NCBI GenBank assembly: GCA_044892525.1
Contig: CM097885.1
Span: 237,958,001 to 238,022,000 of the forward strand
Length of the DNA: 64,000 bases
Source: Schmidtea polychroa
Lineage: Eukaryota
Direction of reading: 5' to 3'
The notes below the pieces were generated by a model. The model was not told the DNA's origin. It did no database searches and saw only the letters and a program-made list of their open reading frames with translations. The position numbers were made by a program, and so were the translations under genes. Shown piece after piece: positions 27,788 to 42,803 of the stretch; the stretch's first letter is position 1, and each line of letters opens with the position of its first letter.

Positions 27788-27932
27788 GTGATAAATTATT
27801 TTAGAATTTAGAATTTTTATATTTTCAATACAAAGAAAGTTTAGTATAAAAATTACTAGAATTGGTAATTATGTTAATGTTTTTTGCTATTGTTTTTTTC
27901 CCAAAGCATTACTAGTAGAGATTAGTGTATAT

Positions 27933-28628
27933 CAGGTATGGGCAAACATTTTGGATGAAGGGTCACTTTAGCAATTTAAAATGAGAGGCGGGTCACAAGT
28001 AATTTACTATTTTCAGACATACATTATCTATTTTCATGAAAAAGAAATTTCAACATAATAAATAAATCAATAATAAACAACCATTTAATGAGAAGAAGGA
28101 AAATGTTTAACATTTTTAAAAATGTTTTTAATTCAGATATTAATTTGTAATTGAGATTCTTAAAACTACTTGTAAATATTTATTAGTGATGCATGATTGT
28201 AAAGAGTTTTTATTGATATTTATAATTGAAAATGCCGAAATAAAAGTTATAAAATATGCAGTTTTCTTCTTGGTGGTGCAATTTCCTTAAATAAGTATCA
28301 CAGTACAGATCGATAATTTCAAGTTGTAGCTCACTCGGTACACTATCAACTTATCCCATCTCTGAGTCACTTATGGCAAAGTGATAAGTTATGTGAGATG
28401 TAAGTGGTTGCGGTCGCATATTTCGGTCAAGTTCGCGCGCAATTTCAAATTCTATCATAGTTTAAACAAACCCAGAAATAAAATAATTAACATTCTTCAT
28501 TATAAATATTCAAATTTTATTTTAAAAAAGGCGTGAAATGTAGAAAAAAAATTAACTTTCTTCATAAATGCGAAATAAGTTTGTGGGTCTCACAAAAATA
28601 TTTGGTGGTCGCAGTTTACCCAGGGCTG
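27933..28628. mobile_element. Old hAT-type MITE
   Basis: Ends CAGGTATGGGCAAAC / GTTTACCCAGGGCTG. TSD is degenerate. Confidence 0.55.
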
Positions 28629-28968
28629 ATATATAAGTACGCAGTTTGGTGCACAATATAAAATCACTGATTTCATCCGAACGGAAATGAATTTCTTTAC
28701 TTTAAAAAAACTTAAATTTTTGTAAAACACTCAAATGAGGACCATAAATTACATCACATTTTTGAATCCAAAAATTCTCTGATTCATAATTTAATAATTT
28801 CCTAATAAATGTTTGTGTAAACCCACTAAATTTTTTATTTTCTTTATACCAACTATTTCTCAATTTTTTATACTATGGCCAATTTTTATTAATATAGTTA
28901 TGCTTTAAAAATCTTTAACACTTTCAATACGATTTTTTTATTTTAATAATTAATAGCAACATCTAGAC

Positions 28969-29424
28969 CAGGGATGCACAAAGTGCAGCTCGCGGGCCAC
29001 ATGCGGCCCTTTTGAATAATTTGTGTGGCCCTCGTGTATATTTATTTAAATATTTATATAAAAAATTTTCAGAAATTGCAGCACTATAAAATACATTTTC
29101 AGTTTTCACTAAAAAATTAGAAATGGCAGCACTTTTTTATTACACTAAAAATTATTCTGCTGGGTGATTTCAAAATAATCGATTCTTTCTTTATGTCAAA
29201 AACAACGATATTCATATATTTTCCTGCTGGGCGATTTCAATATATCGGTTTTTTGTTTGGTTATGTCAATAATTTTTTCAACTCAATTAAAATGCATTTA
29301 TTGTATATAGAAACCGGGTTATAATTTAAAATTTTACAGATTAGGTGTTTTTTTCTAAATGTGGCCCTCATAGAATGTATTATTAGAAAAGTGGCACCCA
29401 TACTGAAAAGTCTGTGCATCCCTG
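28969..29424. mobile_element. hAT-type MITE
   Basis: TIR CAGGGATGCACA / TGTGCATCCCTG. Perfect 8-bp TSD ATCTAGAC. Subterminal GCGGGCC/GTGGCCC motifs. Confidence 0.9.
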
Positions 29425-30167
29425 ATCTAGACTGACCAAATTTTAGAAAAGAAAAAAAGCAGACAGGTTTGGACTTGTTTACGAGTCTATAACCGTACAG
29501 TACTAAAATCCCAGATCCCAATGCATTTGTAAGCATTTAAATTATTTTAGTAATTATTAGAAATTTTCTGGGACAATATTGAAAGTATTGACAGTATTGA
29601 AATATTGACAGTATTGAAAGGATTAAAGTTATTCTAACTTTGTGATTTTAATAATATTATCTGTTAAATATGAAAATAAGAGGGGTGAAGATAGTTCTTT
29701 TTCTTCAAATAAATTGTAAATTATCTTGATTGGAAAAAAAATTACAAAATGATTTTCTATAACTGATTATTGCAAATTTATATTAAAATACTTCCTGATT
29801 ATATTTTGTTGTTTAGCCAATAAAAATTCAGTTGGAAGCTACTAGTTTAATCCATCTAATCCATTAATATTAATTAATTTATTTGTTAATTTTTTATTAA
29901 TTATTTATTAATTATTAATTAATTTTCATATTTATGAATTTAAAATAACAACAATATAGCTTTTTTAATAGAATTTAAGATTTTATATTTCCAACAAATC
30001 GTTTGCATTGAAAATATCCGCATAATTTTTTGTATAAGTTATAATTTTATATTATTTCATTTACATTTTATATGAAAATCTTTGAGTGAAATTAAATTGC
30101 AATGATTTTATAATTTCAATTTTTGTTATTTACAACGAATTTTTAATTACAAATCGAATTGTTCTAG

Positions 30168-30371
30168 GTATAATCCATTGGAAGGTTGCTCTCTCCCAGT
30201 CAGAAATATTACAATTGATCCTGGATTATTATCATATAGAAATTCCCAAATTGCGTCATTGGGTGTCTTGAACGCCTCATTGCAAAGCTTAATTCGTCCA
30301 ACGTACAATTTAATTAACCCAAATTTTCATTGCGTTAGTAATGGAACTAACCCAATATTGGGTATTGCAAA
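30168..30371 (+). CDS. elav: ELAV/Hu hinge exon
   Basis: TTCTAG acceptor. Splicing restores R-YNPL, similar to the Hu hinge R-[YF]-[SN]-P-[LM] motif. Candidate GTATGT donor at 30372; otherwise the frame reads to a stop at 30478-30480. Confidence 0.75.
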
Positions 30372-30916
30372 GTATGTTTATAATTCTGGTTACATGTACT
30401 CAATCTATTCAAATAAATTATATTGCTTAAAACAAATAACGAAAATTACAAATCAGTATTCACATGTCGGAAATGAGTGACTACGGAAAAAATACATAAA
30501 TGACAAATAATTTTTACATAACCAAAGGTTTCCATATGAGGTTAGTACACAAAATATTAAATTTATTGAAATTTTGTTATGATCATAAATCATCGAAATT
30601 GAATGAAGAAATAATGCTTTAGTAATTGCAATGAAAAATAATATTTCCAGGAATTAATATTTGAGTAAAAATGACTGGCAAAATGAATTTTCTAATATAT
30701 AAATAAGAAATAATATAAGAAAATATATTAAAGGGGTTTTAATTTAAAAGTTTTGTAAAGATGTCAAAAATAAGAATCTTTTATTTTGTTTGGTCAGTTG
30801 AATGTTTTTTAACGATATTTCACTTATTTTTATTGTGACAAAAGATCAAATTCTACGAAACACTTTTTCATCTTTTGATCTTTTTTGTCAGAACAAAAGT
30901 AAATGAAATATCATCA

Positions 30917-31052
<136 letters not shown>

Positions 31053-31329
31053 TCCACTGGAACATGAATCACATTTTATTGCATAATATTAATTACGTTA
31101 CAACATTGAGTGATCATTTTGATTTATTTGACTTCATAAATGTCTATGTAAAATCTAGAATATACATTTTAAATAATATTGTCAATAAATATCATTGTAG
31201 TGCAATTAAGTTTATTATAGGGTAGCATGACCATATTTTGAGAATGCCGAACCGAGATGAAACAAATTCAAACAAAAGTCTGATCATCATACGTGACTAC
31301 CGACTGTTTCTTGATAAAAAAATCCAATT

Positions 31330-31955
31330 CAGCTTTCCACACAATACTGTGAAGGGTTTTGGCTAGTCCAGTCTAATAGGCGTTTTAAAGTTACTTGACC
31401 TGTTCTCATTGTGAATTTTCGGCACATCGGATAATGTATAAATTGCTAAGAGTTATTTTCTTTGTTCTTTTCTTTCCCTACCGTCTTGTATCTGCGACAT
31501 AACCGCTTCAATACCTTCATTGAATGCATTTGTATCTAGCACATAGTATTTATCTGTTGTTGGTAAAGCCAAAATTGATGGTGATACTAACGCTAGTCTT
31601 AATTTATTAAATGCACCTTTCTTCTCCTCATTCCATTGAAATTTATTTTCATTTATTAACATAGCAGACAATAGCTCCATTTTCGCAGCATAATCTTTGA
31701 TAAAGTTTCTATAGTATCATGTCATTTCTAAAAAACGTTTTCATTTCACATTGTCCTTGGAAATGCTAATATTGATTTAGTTTTATCAGGATTTATCTGC
31801 ACTCAATCTTCGTCAATTACGTGTCCAAAATATTTTACTTCTCTCTGCAAAAAATGATTAGTTATGCTTCACGTATCTTTTCAAGAACCTTTATTAAACG
31901 TTCGTTATCCTCCGACACCATTCTTTCAAAAACCAACATATCATCTAAATATATG
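31330..31955 (-). pseudogene. Degenerate Gypsy pol, 3' part (RT from YLDD through RNase H); target of the 17-kb insertion
   Basis: IYLDDMLVF at the insertion edge. Further on FQWNEE..AFNKLRLALVSPSILALP..YVLDTNA..GIEAVMSQ and RKFTMRT. Confidence 0.85.
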
Positions 31956-33796
31956 AGTAGTAGGATTGAGGCCATCCAGATCAGGGGCCCTCTGGATCAC
32001 ATATACCCCCTCCCCCTCCCCCCCGGGAAAAAAAAATTTTTTTAAATAAAAGGTCAAGGTTAAGGTCATTTATTTTTTTAATTTAATTTTTTGTTTTAAT
32101 TAAGTGATCCAGAGGGCCCCTACTTTTTTTCATCCCAAAAATTAATGTTCCCACCAACGGATTTTATTGGACGATACCTCATCTTAAAGCCCAATGCAAG
32201 ACCTTTAAGATGAGATATAGATTCCTATCATACGATGACTCATCTCATTTTTAGAACAAAGACAAAGACTAACCCAATGTCTCATAATTTTTTCCAAAAT
32301 ATTATTAGTGATCCAGAGGGCCCATACTTTTTTTCATCCCAAAAGTTATCGTTCCCATTATCCGAATTTATTAATCGATAGCTTATTTTAAAGCCCTGTG
32401 CAAGATCTATCTATTGATATATAAATATTATTATTATCATTATTATTGGCAAAATTATTAACATTTTACCAAAAATCATTTTCAAGGTCATTTATTATTT
32501 TTTTCAAGGTCAAGGTCATTTATTTTTTCAAGGTCATTTATTTTTCAAGGTCATTTATTTTTTAAAAATTGATCCAGAGGGCCCCTACTTTTTTTCATCC
32601 CAAAAATTAATGTTCTCATCATTCTACTTCATTCTACAAGATCTATCTATTGATATATAAATATTATTATTATCATTATTATAGGCAAAATTATTAACGT
32701 TTTCCCGAGACCATTTTCAAGATCATATAATTATTCAAAGTATTATTAGTGATCTAGCGGGCCCCTACTTTTTTTCATCCCAAACGTTATCGTTCCCATT
32801 ATCCGAATTTATTAATCGATAGCTTATTTTAAAGCCCTGTGCAAGATCTATCTATTGATATATAAATATTATTATTATTATCATTATTATTGGCAAAATT
32901 ATTAACATTTTACCAAAAAATCATTTTCAAGGTCATTTATATTTTCAAGGCCATTTAATTTTTCAAGGTCATTTATTTTTCAAGGCCATTTAATTTTTCA
33001 AGTTCATTTTTTTTTCAAGGTCATTCCCAAGGTCATTTAATTTTTCAAGGTCATTCCCAAGGTCATATTATTTTTTAAAAATATTATTATTATTATTATT
33101 ATTACTATTATTATTATTATTATTATACATACTCTGAGTTTATCCGACAAGATATTCTGTCCCCCTATGGGTATTGCTCACAAAGGTACTGCTCACCAGA
33201 GTACTGCTCACACTCAACAAGTCACATGGGTACTGTTCACAAAGTTACTACTAAAAATAATCAAGACAAAACTTTAACAAAGAAATTCTAAATATTATAC
33301 TTTAAATATACACTAAAATTTATTAACACATTCATATTCCTCATCTCCACAGTAATAAAGACATCTATTTTTAGCAACATTTTAAATCTATTTTAGTAAC
33401 ATTTTCGAACCAATGTTTTAATTATCGATTATGTAATAATTTGATTTTGTTTAAATCATTGATAATATTTTTTTTGTTTTAATTATCGATTGCGTAATAA
33501 TATAACTTATCATTTTTATTGGGAAAGATATTAACGCACGCGCGAGAGTTATTATTATTATTATTATTTTTTCTCCGAGTTTATCCGACAAGATATTCTG
33601 TCTCCCTAAGGGTAATGCTCACAAAGGTACTGCTAAAACTTTAACATATTATTACACACAATGTATAAAAAAATATTATTAGTGTCCACACATGCTACAA
33701 GTTAGTATTCCCATCGATAGCTCATCTTAAAGTCTAGTGTAAGATCTATCTAATGATATATTATTATTATAATTGGTAAAGATGTTATTATTATTA

Positions 33797-33849
<53 letters not shown>

Positions 33850-34203
33850 GGTGAAGATATTAACACCTGCGCGAAAGATGTTATTATTATTATTATGATT
33901 ATTATTATATATAGTCAGAGTTTATCTGACAAGATATTCTGTACCCACACACATTCTATATACACATACCTTATTATTTCAAAGTAACACGAGCGGGAGT
34001 TATTATTATTATCAAAAAATCTAAAATATGGTTTACACACACACACAACCCATTAACAATTATTATTATCAATATTAGTGAAAACCTAAAATATTTTTAA
34101 ACACACACAACCCATTAATAATTATTATTGCAAATATTAGTGAAAACCCTAAAATATTATTTACACACACACACACAACCCATTAACCATTATTATTATT
34201 ATA

Positions 34204-34243
<40 letters not shown>

Positions 34244-34597
34244 TATTATTATTATATATTATCATATATACTCTTAATCTATCCGACAAAATATTCTATC
34301 CCTCTATGGGTATTGCTCATATGGGTAATGGTCAAAGGTGTACTACTCACATTCAACATGTCTCAAAGGGTATAATATAATTATTATTAAATTCTGACCA
34401 ACTTAAATCAATGAAGGGGTAGAACAAAAATATATTAAGTTGCGGTATTTTAAATTTAAAAATATTTTAAAAACTTATTTTGACACTAAAGTTTACTTAA
34501 TTAACAAAGACATTATTATTATACATGCTTTGCATAAATATTATTATTATTTTTTGAATTTTCAATATTTTCTTTCAAAGTATTAACACGCGCGGGA

Positions 34598-34673
<76 letters not shown>

Positions 34674-34869
34674 AAAAATCTAAAATATGGTTTACACACA
34701 CAACCCCTCAACCATTATTATTATTATCAATATTAAAAACCTAAAATATTTTCTACACACACACACACATGCACAACTCATTAACCATTATTATTATCAA
34801 TATTAGTGAAATTCTAAAATATTTTCTACACACATATACAACCCATTAAACTTTTATTATTATTATTAA

Positions 34870-34933
<64 letters not shown>

Positions 34934-35116
34934 GCAAATATTAGTGAAAAAGATAAATTATTTCTACACACATACACAACCCATTAACCATTATTATTAT
35001 CATTATTAGTGAAAACCTAAAATATTTTTTACACACACACAACCCATTAACCATTATTATTATTATCAATATTAAAAACCTAAAATATTTTTACACACAT
35101 ACACAACTCATTAAAA

Positions 35117-35197
<81 letters not shown>

Positions 35198-35445
35198 GTG
35201 AAAAAACCTTAAATAATTTTTACATACTAAGTTATGGGGTAGAGTATTATTATGTTTGCAGTATTCTGTGTTTGCCTTTACAGGAAGTTGTCAATAAGGA
35301 GCGATAATTTTAGACACACATTCTATATACACATATCTTGTTCAACATGGGTGTATATACTCCTAGTCTATCCGATAAAATATTCTGTCCCCCTATGGGT
35401 ATTGCTCACAAAGTTACTACTCACATTACACATATCGCAAGGCTA
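31956..35445 (+). repeat. Left terminal repeat (3.5 kb), direct diverged copy of 35514-38294
   Basis: Same start sequence and module order, differing by block indels and microsatellite lengths. Confidence 0.9.
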
Positions 35446-37064
35446 CCAGCTACTTTTCTAAGAGTGATGAATATGGCACTAAGAGGGGAGAGTTTGATAA
35501 ATTGTGTCATATAATTAGTAGGATTGGGGCCATCCAGATCAGGGGCCCTCTGGATCACATATACCTCCTCCCCCCCCCGGGAAAAATTTTTTTTTAAATA
35601 AAAGGTCAAGGTTAAGGTCATTTATTTTTTTAATTTAATTTTTGTTTTAATTAAGTGATCCAGAGGGCCCCTACTTTTTTTCATCCCAAAAATTAATGTT
35701 CCCACCAACGGATTTTATTGGACGATACCTCATCTTAAAGCCCAATGCAAGACCTTTAAGATGAGATATAGATTCCTATCATACGATGACTCATCTCATT
35801 TTTAGAACAAAGACAAAGACTAACCCAATGTCTCATAATTTTTTCCAAAATATTATTAGTGATCCAGAGGGCCCATACTTTTTTTCATCCCAAAAGTTAT
35901 CGTTCCCATTATCCGAATTTATTAATCGATAGCTTATTTTAAAGCCCTGTGCAAGATCTATCTATTGATATATAAATATTATTATTATCATTATTATTGG
36001 CAAAATTATTAACATTTTACCAAAAATCATTTTCAAGGTCATTTATTATTTTTTTCAAGGTCAAGGTCATTTATTTTTTAAAAATTGATCCAGAGGGCCC
36101 CTACTTTTTTTCATCCCAAAAATTAATGTTCTCATCATTCTACTTCATCGATCGATAGCTCATTTTAAAGCCCAGTACAAGATCTATCTATTGACATATA
36201 AATATTATTATTATCATTATTATAGGCAAAATTATTAACGTTTTCCCGAGACCAATTTCAAGATCATATAATTATTCAAAATATTATTAGTGATCTAGCG
36301 GGCCCCTACTTTTCGTTTGCCAAAAACCTAATGTTCCCATCATCCGAATTTATAAATCAAACAATTATTTTGAAGCCTAGTGCAAGACCTTTCGAATGAG
36401 CTATTGAAGGTATCATCATCATTAATATTGACAAAGTTATTAATGTTTTCCCGAGACAATTTTCAAGGTCATTTGACTATTTTTCGAAAAATATTATTTT
36501 TTCAAGATCATTTATTTTTTCAAGGTCAAGGTCATTTATTTTTTCAAGGTCATTTATATTTTCAAGGTCATTTATATTTTCAAGGTCATTTATATTTTCA
36601 AGGCCATTTAATTTTTCAAGGTCATTTATTTTTCAAGGCCATTTAATTTTTCAAGGTCATTTATTTTTCAAGGTCATTTATTTTTCAAGGTCATTCCCAA
36701 GGTCATTTCCTTTTTCAAGGTCATTTAATTTTTCAAGGTCATTCCCAAGGTCATATTATCTTTTAAAAATATTATTATTATTATTATTACTATTATTATT
36801 ATTATTATTATACATACTCTGAGTTTATCCGACAAGATATTCTGTCCCCCTATGGTTACTGCACACATGGGTACTGCTCACACTCAACAAGTCACATGGG
36901 TACTGTTCACAAAGTTACTACTAAAAATATTTAAGACAAAACTTTAACAAAGAAATTCTAAATATTATACTTTAAATATACACTCAAACTAAAATTTATT
37001 AACACATTCACATTCATCATCTCCACAGTTCATAACATTTTCAAATACAATTTCAAAGTATTAA

Positions 37065-37130
<66 letters not shown>

Positions 37131-37464
37131 GCGCGCAGGGAATATTATTATCATATATAGTCAGAGTCTATCCGATAAAATATTCTGTCCCCCTATGGGT
37201 ACTGCTCACACTCAACATATCTCAAAGAGTATATTATAATTATTATTAAAATTATTATTAAATTCTGACCAACTTAAATCAATGAAGGGTAGAACAAAAA
37301 TATATTAAGTTGCGGTATTTTAAATTTAAAAATATTTTAAAAACTTATTTTGACACTAAAGTTTACTTAATTAACAAAGACATAATTATTGCACATGCTT
37401 TGCATAAATATTATTATTTTTTAAATTTTCAATATTTTCTTTTAAAGTATTAACACGCGCGGGA

Positions 37465-37542
<78 letters not shown>

Positions 37543-37745
37543 GTTAATGAAAAATCTAAAATATGGTTTACACACACAACCCCTCAACCATTATTATTAT
37601 TATCAATATTAAAAACCTAAAATATTTTCTACACACACACACACATGCACAACTCATTAACCATTATTATTATCAATATTAGTGAAATTCTAAAATATTT
37701 TCTACACACATATACAACCCATTAAAATTTTATTATTATTATTAA

Positions 37746-37836
<91 letters not shown>

Positions 37837-37956
37837 GCAAATATTAGTGAAAAAGATAAATTATTTCTACACACATACACAACCCATTAACCATTATTAT
37901 TATCATTATTAGTGAAAACCTAAAATATTTTTACACACATACACAACTCATTAAAC

Positions 37957-38006
<50 letters not shown>

Positions 38007-41000
38007 ATTATTATTATTATTATTATTATAATTATTATTATTATTAGTGAAAAAACCTTAAATAATTTTTACATACTAAGTTATGGGGTAGAGTATTATT
38101 ATGTTTGCAGTATTCTGTGTTTGCCTTTACAGGAAGTTGTCAATAAGGAGCGATAATTTTACACACACATTCTATATACACATATCTTGTTCAACATGGG
38201 TGTATATACTCCTAGTCTATCCGATAAAATATTCTGTCCCCCTATGGGTATTGCTCACAAAGGTACTACTCACATTACACATATCGCAAGGCTATATTAA
38301 TTAAGGTTAGTAAATAAAACCTATCACACATACTTTAATATTTAAACGATAAAAATCAAGACAAGAGAGGACAAGGCAAAGTTTATGCATTTAGTATTGC
38401 CAGGCCTAATGAGCAGTGACCAAATATCTGTGCCTGAAAGACACGGTGGATATTTGTTCGCGTCCACAAGGGTCGTCTGTGCCTCCCCCAAGTGGGGTCA
38501 GAAGAACCTGGGCATTATAGCTTTCCGTACGGAACATTACGCCTAGCATGGGTAGTCAACTACCAGCACATTCGAAACGTATAATTTCAAAATACATGCG
38601 TCATTGGCACTATAACCAAATTAATTAATGTTTTCACTAACACAAATATATATTTACAGAGGCCTCCCACTAGTTGGATTACAACCGCCCACCACGACGA
38701 TCAGCTTGTAAATATATATTTAATTTACAAATTTTTCTCGCTCTTCTGCTGGTAATCTATCTCAGAATTATCATCTCCATCGGGCCATTTGGAATACATC
38801 TTGCAAATTGGATGTATTTCTTAGTTTCTGATGCGGTGTCAACTATCATTGCTAAAATTTATATTGATTTAAAAGCAATGAACTTACATTATCTAACATT
38901 TTATCGTCACAGGCTTAATAAATTAGTCAACTGTTATTTGTGGTATACTTTTTCAATGTCATTTCCCACCATAAAACACAGATACCTAAATATAATATAT
39001 ATATTTTAAAGAATTAATTCATGTCTTACATTAATAATAATATTCTTCAGGTAGTACTTTACAATATCTAATTGCTAAAACATCGGTTTTTCCCATTTTC
39101 CTTGACATTCGTTGAAAGTTTACATAATTTAAGTCTGATAATTCATGTTGAAGGACACCCACAATCAGCTAATTCATTTAAGAAATCCAGAACATAGCAA
39201 TGTTTCACCATTTTGTCTGGTTCATTTTCTTCTATAATTCATGTTTTAATAAGAAATTTCTAAATCCAGAACATAAGTCATTTAGTGTTTCACCATTTTA
39301 TCTGGTTCATCTTCTTCATAATTATATAATTCATTTTCTTCATTACTAAGTAAAATAATTAAAATATTGTAGTAAATTCTTTATTTACTTACTTTATGGA
39401 TACTAAAACGAAAGAAATAAAGTTATATCAAAAGTATATTTAAATAATTTAAATTTAAATAATTTAAATTTAGTTATTTAAAAATATTTAAACAATTTAG
39501 TTATTTAAGCATATTTAAACATTAACATTATTATATAGTATAATTTTATGTATTCTAAATTTATTAATAAATATAGTATAATTTTATATAATTTTATGTA
39601 CACTTATATATCCTTCATTTAATTTTTTAAATTCAAATATTTATAATGAAGATTCTTTGAATTAAAAAAAAATATTCTGTTAGTATTTCCAGGCAGAAAA
39701 CAACGAATTCAATAATTAAAATCTTAATTTTCATGTTGTTAGGGTTGTGGCCAGAATTTAATCGCCATCTAATCGTTTGTTCTCAATTTCGCTCATTTTT
39801 GTTCAAAACATTCAGGTGAGTTGTTATCTGGAAAGTTTCTTTGAGCTCAGTTTTGTTAAAACACTCACGGTATTTTTGAGGGACGTGACACTGGAAATAA
39901 ATTAACAATGGGTGGTCTTGCATACATGTTGTTGGTTTGAACTGTTGATTTATTTTAGAAATATGTATATTAAAAACATTTAAGGTATCATTCAGTAAAA
40001 TAATATAGTATTTTTGAGTATTTTTAGTTGATTTATAAATAACAGTATTTTGATATATCAATAAAGACCATATACTCCTAGTTTATCCGACAAAATATTC
40101 TGTCCCCCTATGGGTATTGCTAGCAAGGGTACTGGTCACATTCGACATGTCGCAAGGGTATATTAATCATTTAGAAATTCTTAGGTAATTTAGTGAGATG
40201 ATCAGAAATTCGTGAATATTTTAAATGTAACTTTACAATTATGTCGAGCGACTAATTTATTGGTTAACTTTGTAGTCATTTAAAGCAAAAATTAATTTAT
40301 TCATCTAATGTTCGTTACAATAGTTAATAATATGAGAAAAACATGGTCTTTATTCATTGATAATTTTAAATTCTTTATCATTTGGAGTAAATTTGTTTGA
40401 GGCAAAAATAATTAAAGGAGTCATAATAGAAATATGGTTATCATTTATCCAATTAAGGGGCTTATTAGTTAGAAATATATATTATAAAGTAACAATTATT
40501 TTCTAATTTAATTAGATGATCATTAGACGTAATATATCTTTGCGAGAAATTTAAGATGTTTGAGTAACCAAAACATGGATATTTTGTACGATAAATTTAT
40601 GAATATTGGTTAATTTAGTCATTAAAATAATAATATAGTAAGGTAATTTAGGAAAATATCATTTATCCACCCGATAACAATATTCCTTCAATAGATTAAC
40701 TGATATTCAACCTATTTAATTTCTAGAAATCTAATTAAAATCATAAATTTCCTTCAAAGATCACTTTTCTTTAGTTGTTTTCCAATTCTTTTAAGTTAAT
40801 ATTTCTCAAGCTTTGTCAACGATATCCCCAAAATGAATAAAATAACTTCTTAAATAAAAATAATTTAAAGCAATAACCATTGATATCAATTAATTCTAAA
40901 GATTTCAAATTTCTCATTGTCAAAAACAAGTAAATTGATCATTAACCATTAATAAAACCGTGGATGATTAATAAAAACTGGTTCTGAAACATAAATTACT

Positions 41001-41995
41001 GTGCAACCTCTAAAACGATATAATTTCACAGGAACTATTCACATCTGACTATTTCCCTTGAAAATTTGATATTTTACCAATAAGAATATATAAATATTCA
41101 AAACATTAACCGATCCCTCGCCAAATATTTCTAGCATTTAAAAAACCCCCTTAAAAATCATATATTACCATCTTAACCTTCACTAAATCCAACCGAATAT
41201 AATTTCACCCGCTTGAGCCCTTTAATATATCTTAAAATCCATAGAAAATTCTTCAAAATATGAATTTTATTTAATTGTTACAAACATTCTTCCATTGAAA
41301 TAATTTAGTAGCTAAATTCAAAGACCTCTGTAAAAGATCAAAATTCGCTAAAATGAATATTTCCTACAAATATTTCACCACATTCACCATCAAATATCTA
41401 ATTAGAGATGAAATATATTGATTGGTCATCGATTCGGCTAATTATAGCCATTATAAAATGATATATCTTTCAAACTAAATCACAAATTTCAGTATATTTT
41501 ACATTAATTTTCAAGTAGATTTCAAATATATCATCATCATGATAAAATTAGTTGGTTTCAACTTTAGATTTTCAATATTTTAAAGTTCATCAATGTGTAA
41601 ATATTCTTAGAAAAATATATTAATATATTAATTTAGTCAAATTCAATATCATTACAAAGTCATCATCATCAAAATTTATCCTATCACTTGATTATTAACC
41701 TCATTAAAAATTAATTTTTATTTAAAATTTAAAAACAAGTCAATAAAATATAGCAAATTATCAAGAAATTAATTAAATTTATCTTAGAATTAACACTAAG
41801 CCTTAAATATTCTTTCAATTAACATGAAATTCACAAAAAATGTTGGTAAAATCCCGTTAACTCTAAAAAATTACCAATGAATTTAACGCCAAATAAATAC
41901 CAAATATTTGCCTAAATAAAATCATTAAAACACACCAGTACCTTTACGATCAGTACCCTTACGACCAATACCCTTACAAGCAGTACCCATAGAGG
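35445..41995 (+). repeat. Left arm of giant inverted repeat
   Basis: Reverse complement of 42804-49335. Mirrored identical ORFs (38674-39009 vs 45790-46125; 39783-40061 vs 44738-45016; 36380-36646 vs 48158-48424). Confidence 0.97.
36463..36755 (+). repeat. Tandem ~17-18-bp minisatellite built on YCAAGGYCA
   Basis: About 15 units like TTTTTCAAGGTCATTTA. Related arrays at 32482-32553, 32926-33065 and, inverted, 48016-48345. Confidence 0.9.
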
Positions 41996-42803
41996 TGAAA
42001 ATAAGGGTTTTTGAATTATTCATTAATGCAAAATAAATGTAAATATACCGAGAAGTGGCATAGATAAGATGGAAATATATTAATTGCATTTATTTAAAAT
42101 TATTTCATGAGATTCATAAAAATTTATAAAAATGATCACTTTAATAAAAAAAATAATATTTAATTCAATGTTCAAAGAAATAGTTGTTGGGAGGATTAGT
42201 GGAAAAAGGGGGGCTATAAGTGATGAGGATTTATAAATTATTTCTAATATGAGTGACTAACGAATTAAAATATTTTAATAATGTGATAAAAATTTATTTT
42301 GATAAAGTATTTAATCCAAAAATGACAAACATACATAACAAATGGTATTTGACTAAGCAATTATGATAACTTTATATTTTAAATTTTGATTAACTCCTTT
42401 AATATTGAATTAATAATTATGATATTTGCTATTTTACATTAAATATTTCAAAAACAGATATTCTAAAAGATAATTTAAGATACATTACTCTTTTTAATCA
42501 AAATGATCTCTCAAAGTTAAGAACGAAACAAAGTGTGCCATTAACTTTACTTAAATATATGAAAACACAAAGTAAACAATGATAATAAAGGGATAACAGA
42601 CTCAAAAATAAAATATTCTTACCACCTGAGAATAATATTGTTAATTTTATCTCTGTGTTATCTTTCGATTTTACGCTGCTTACCATTTTAGAATAAGATT
42701 TTTTATTAAAATTTGTGTTAATTTGACTGATTCAATTTGATGGAGTTATTGTTAATTCGTTTTATTATATATACTCTGAGTTTATCCGACAACATATTTT
42801 CTC

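Noticed and set aside
36380..36646. ORF with FQGHL repeats (mirror at 48158-48424)
   Set aside because: It is the translation of the 18-bp TCAAGGTCA minisatellite, and neighbouring 17-bp units break the frame.
42498..42686. Spacer ORF as a Polinton minor-capsid C-terminus
   Set aside because: Only a vague resemblance in the last few residues, not supportable without a profile search.
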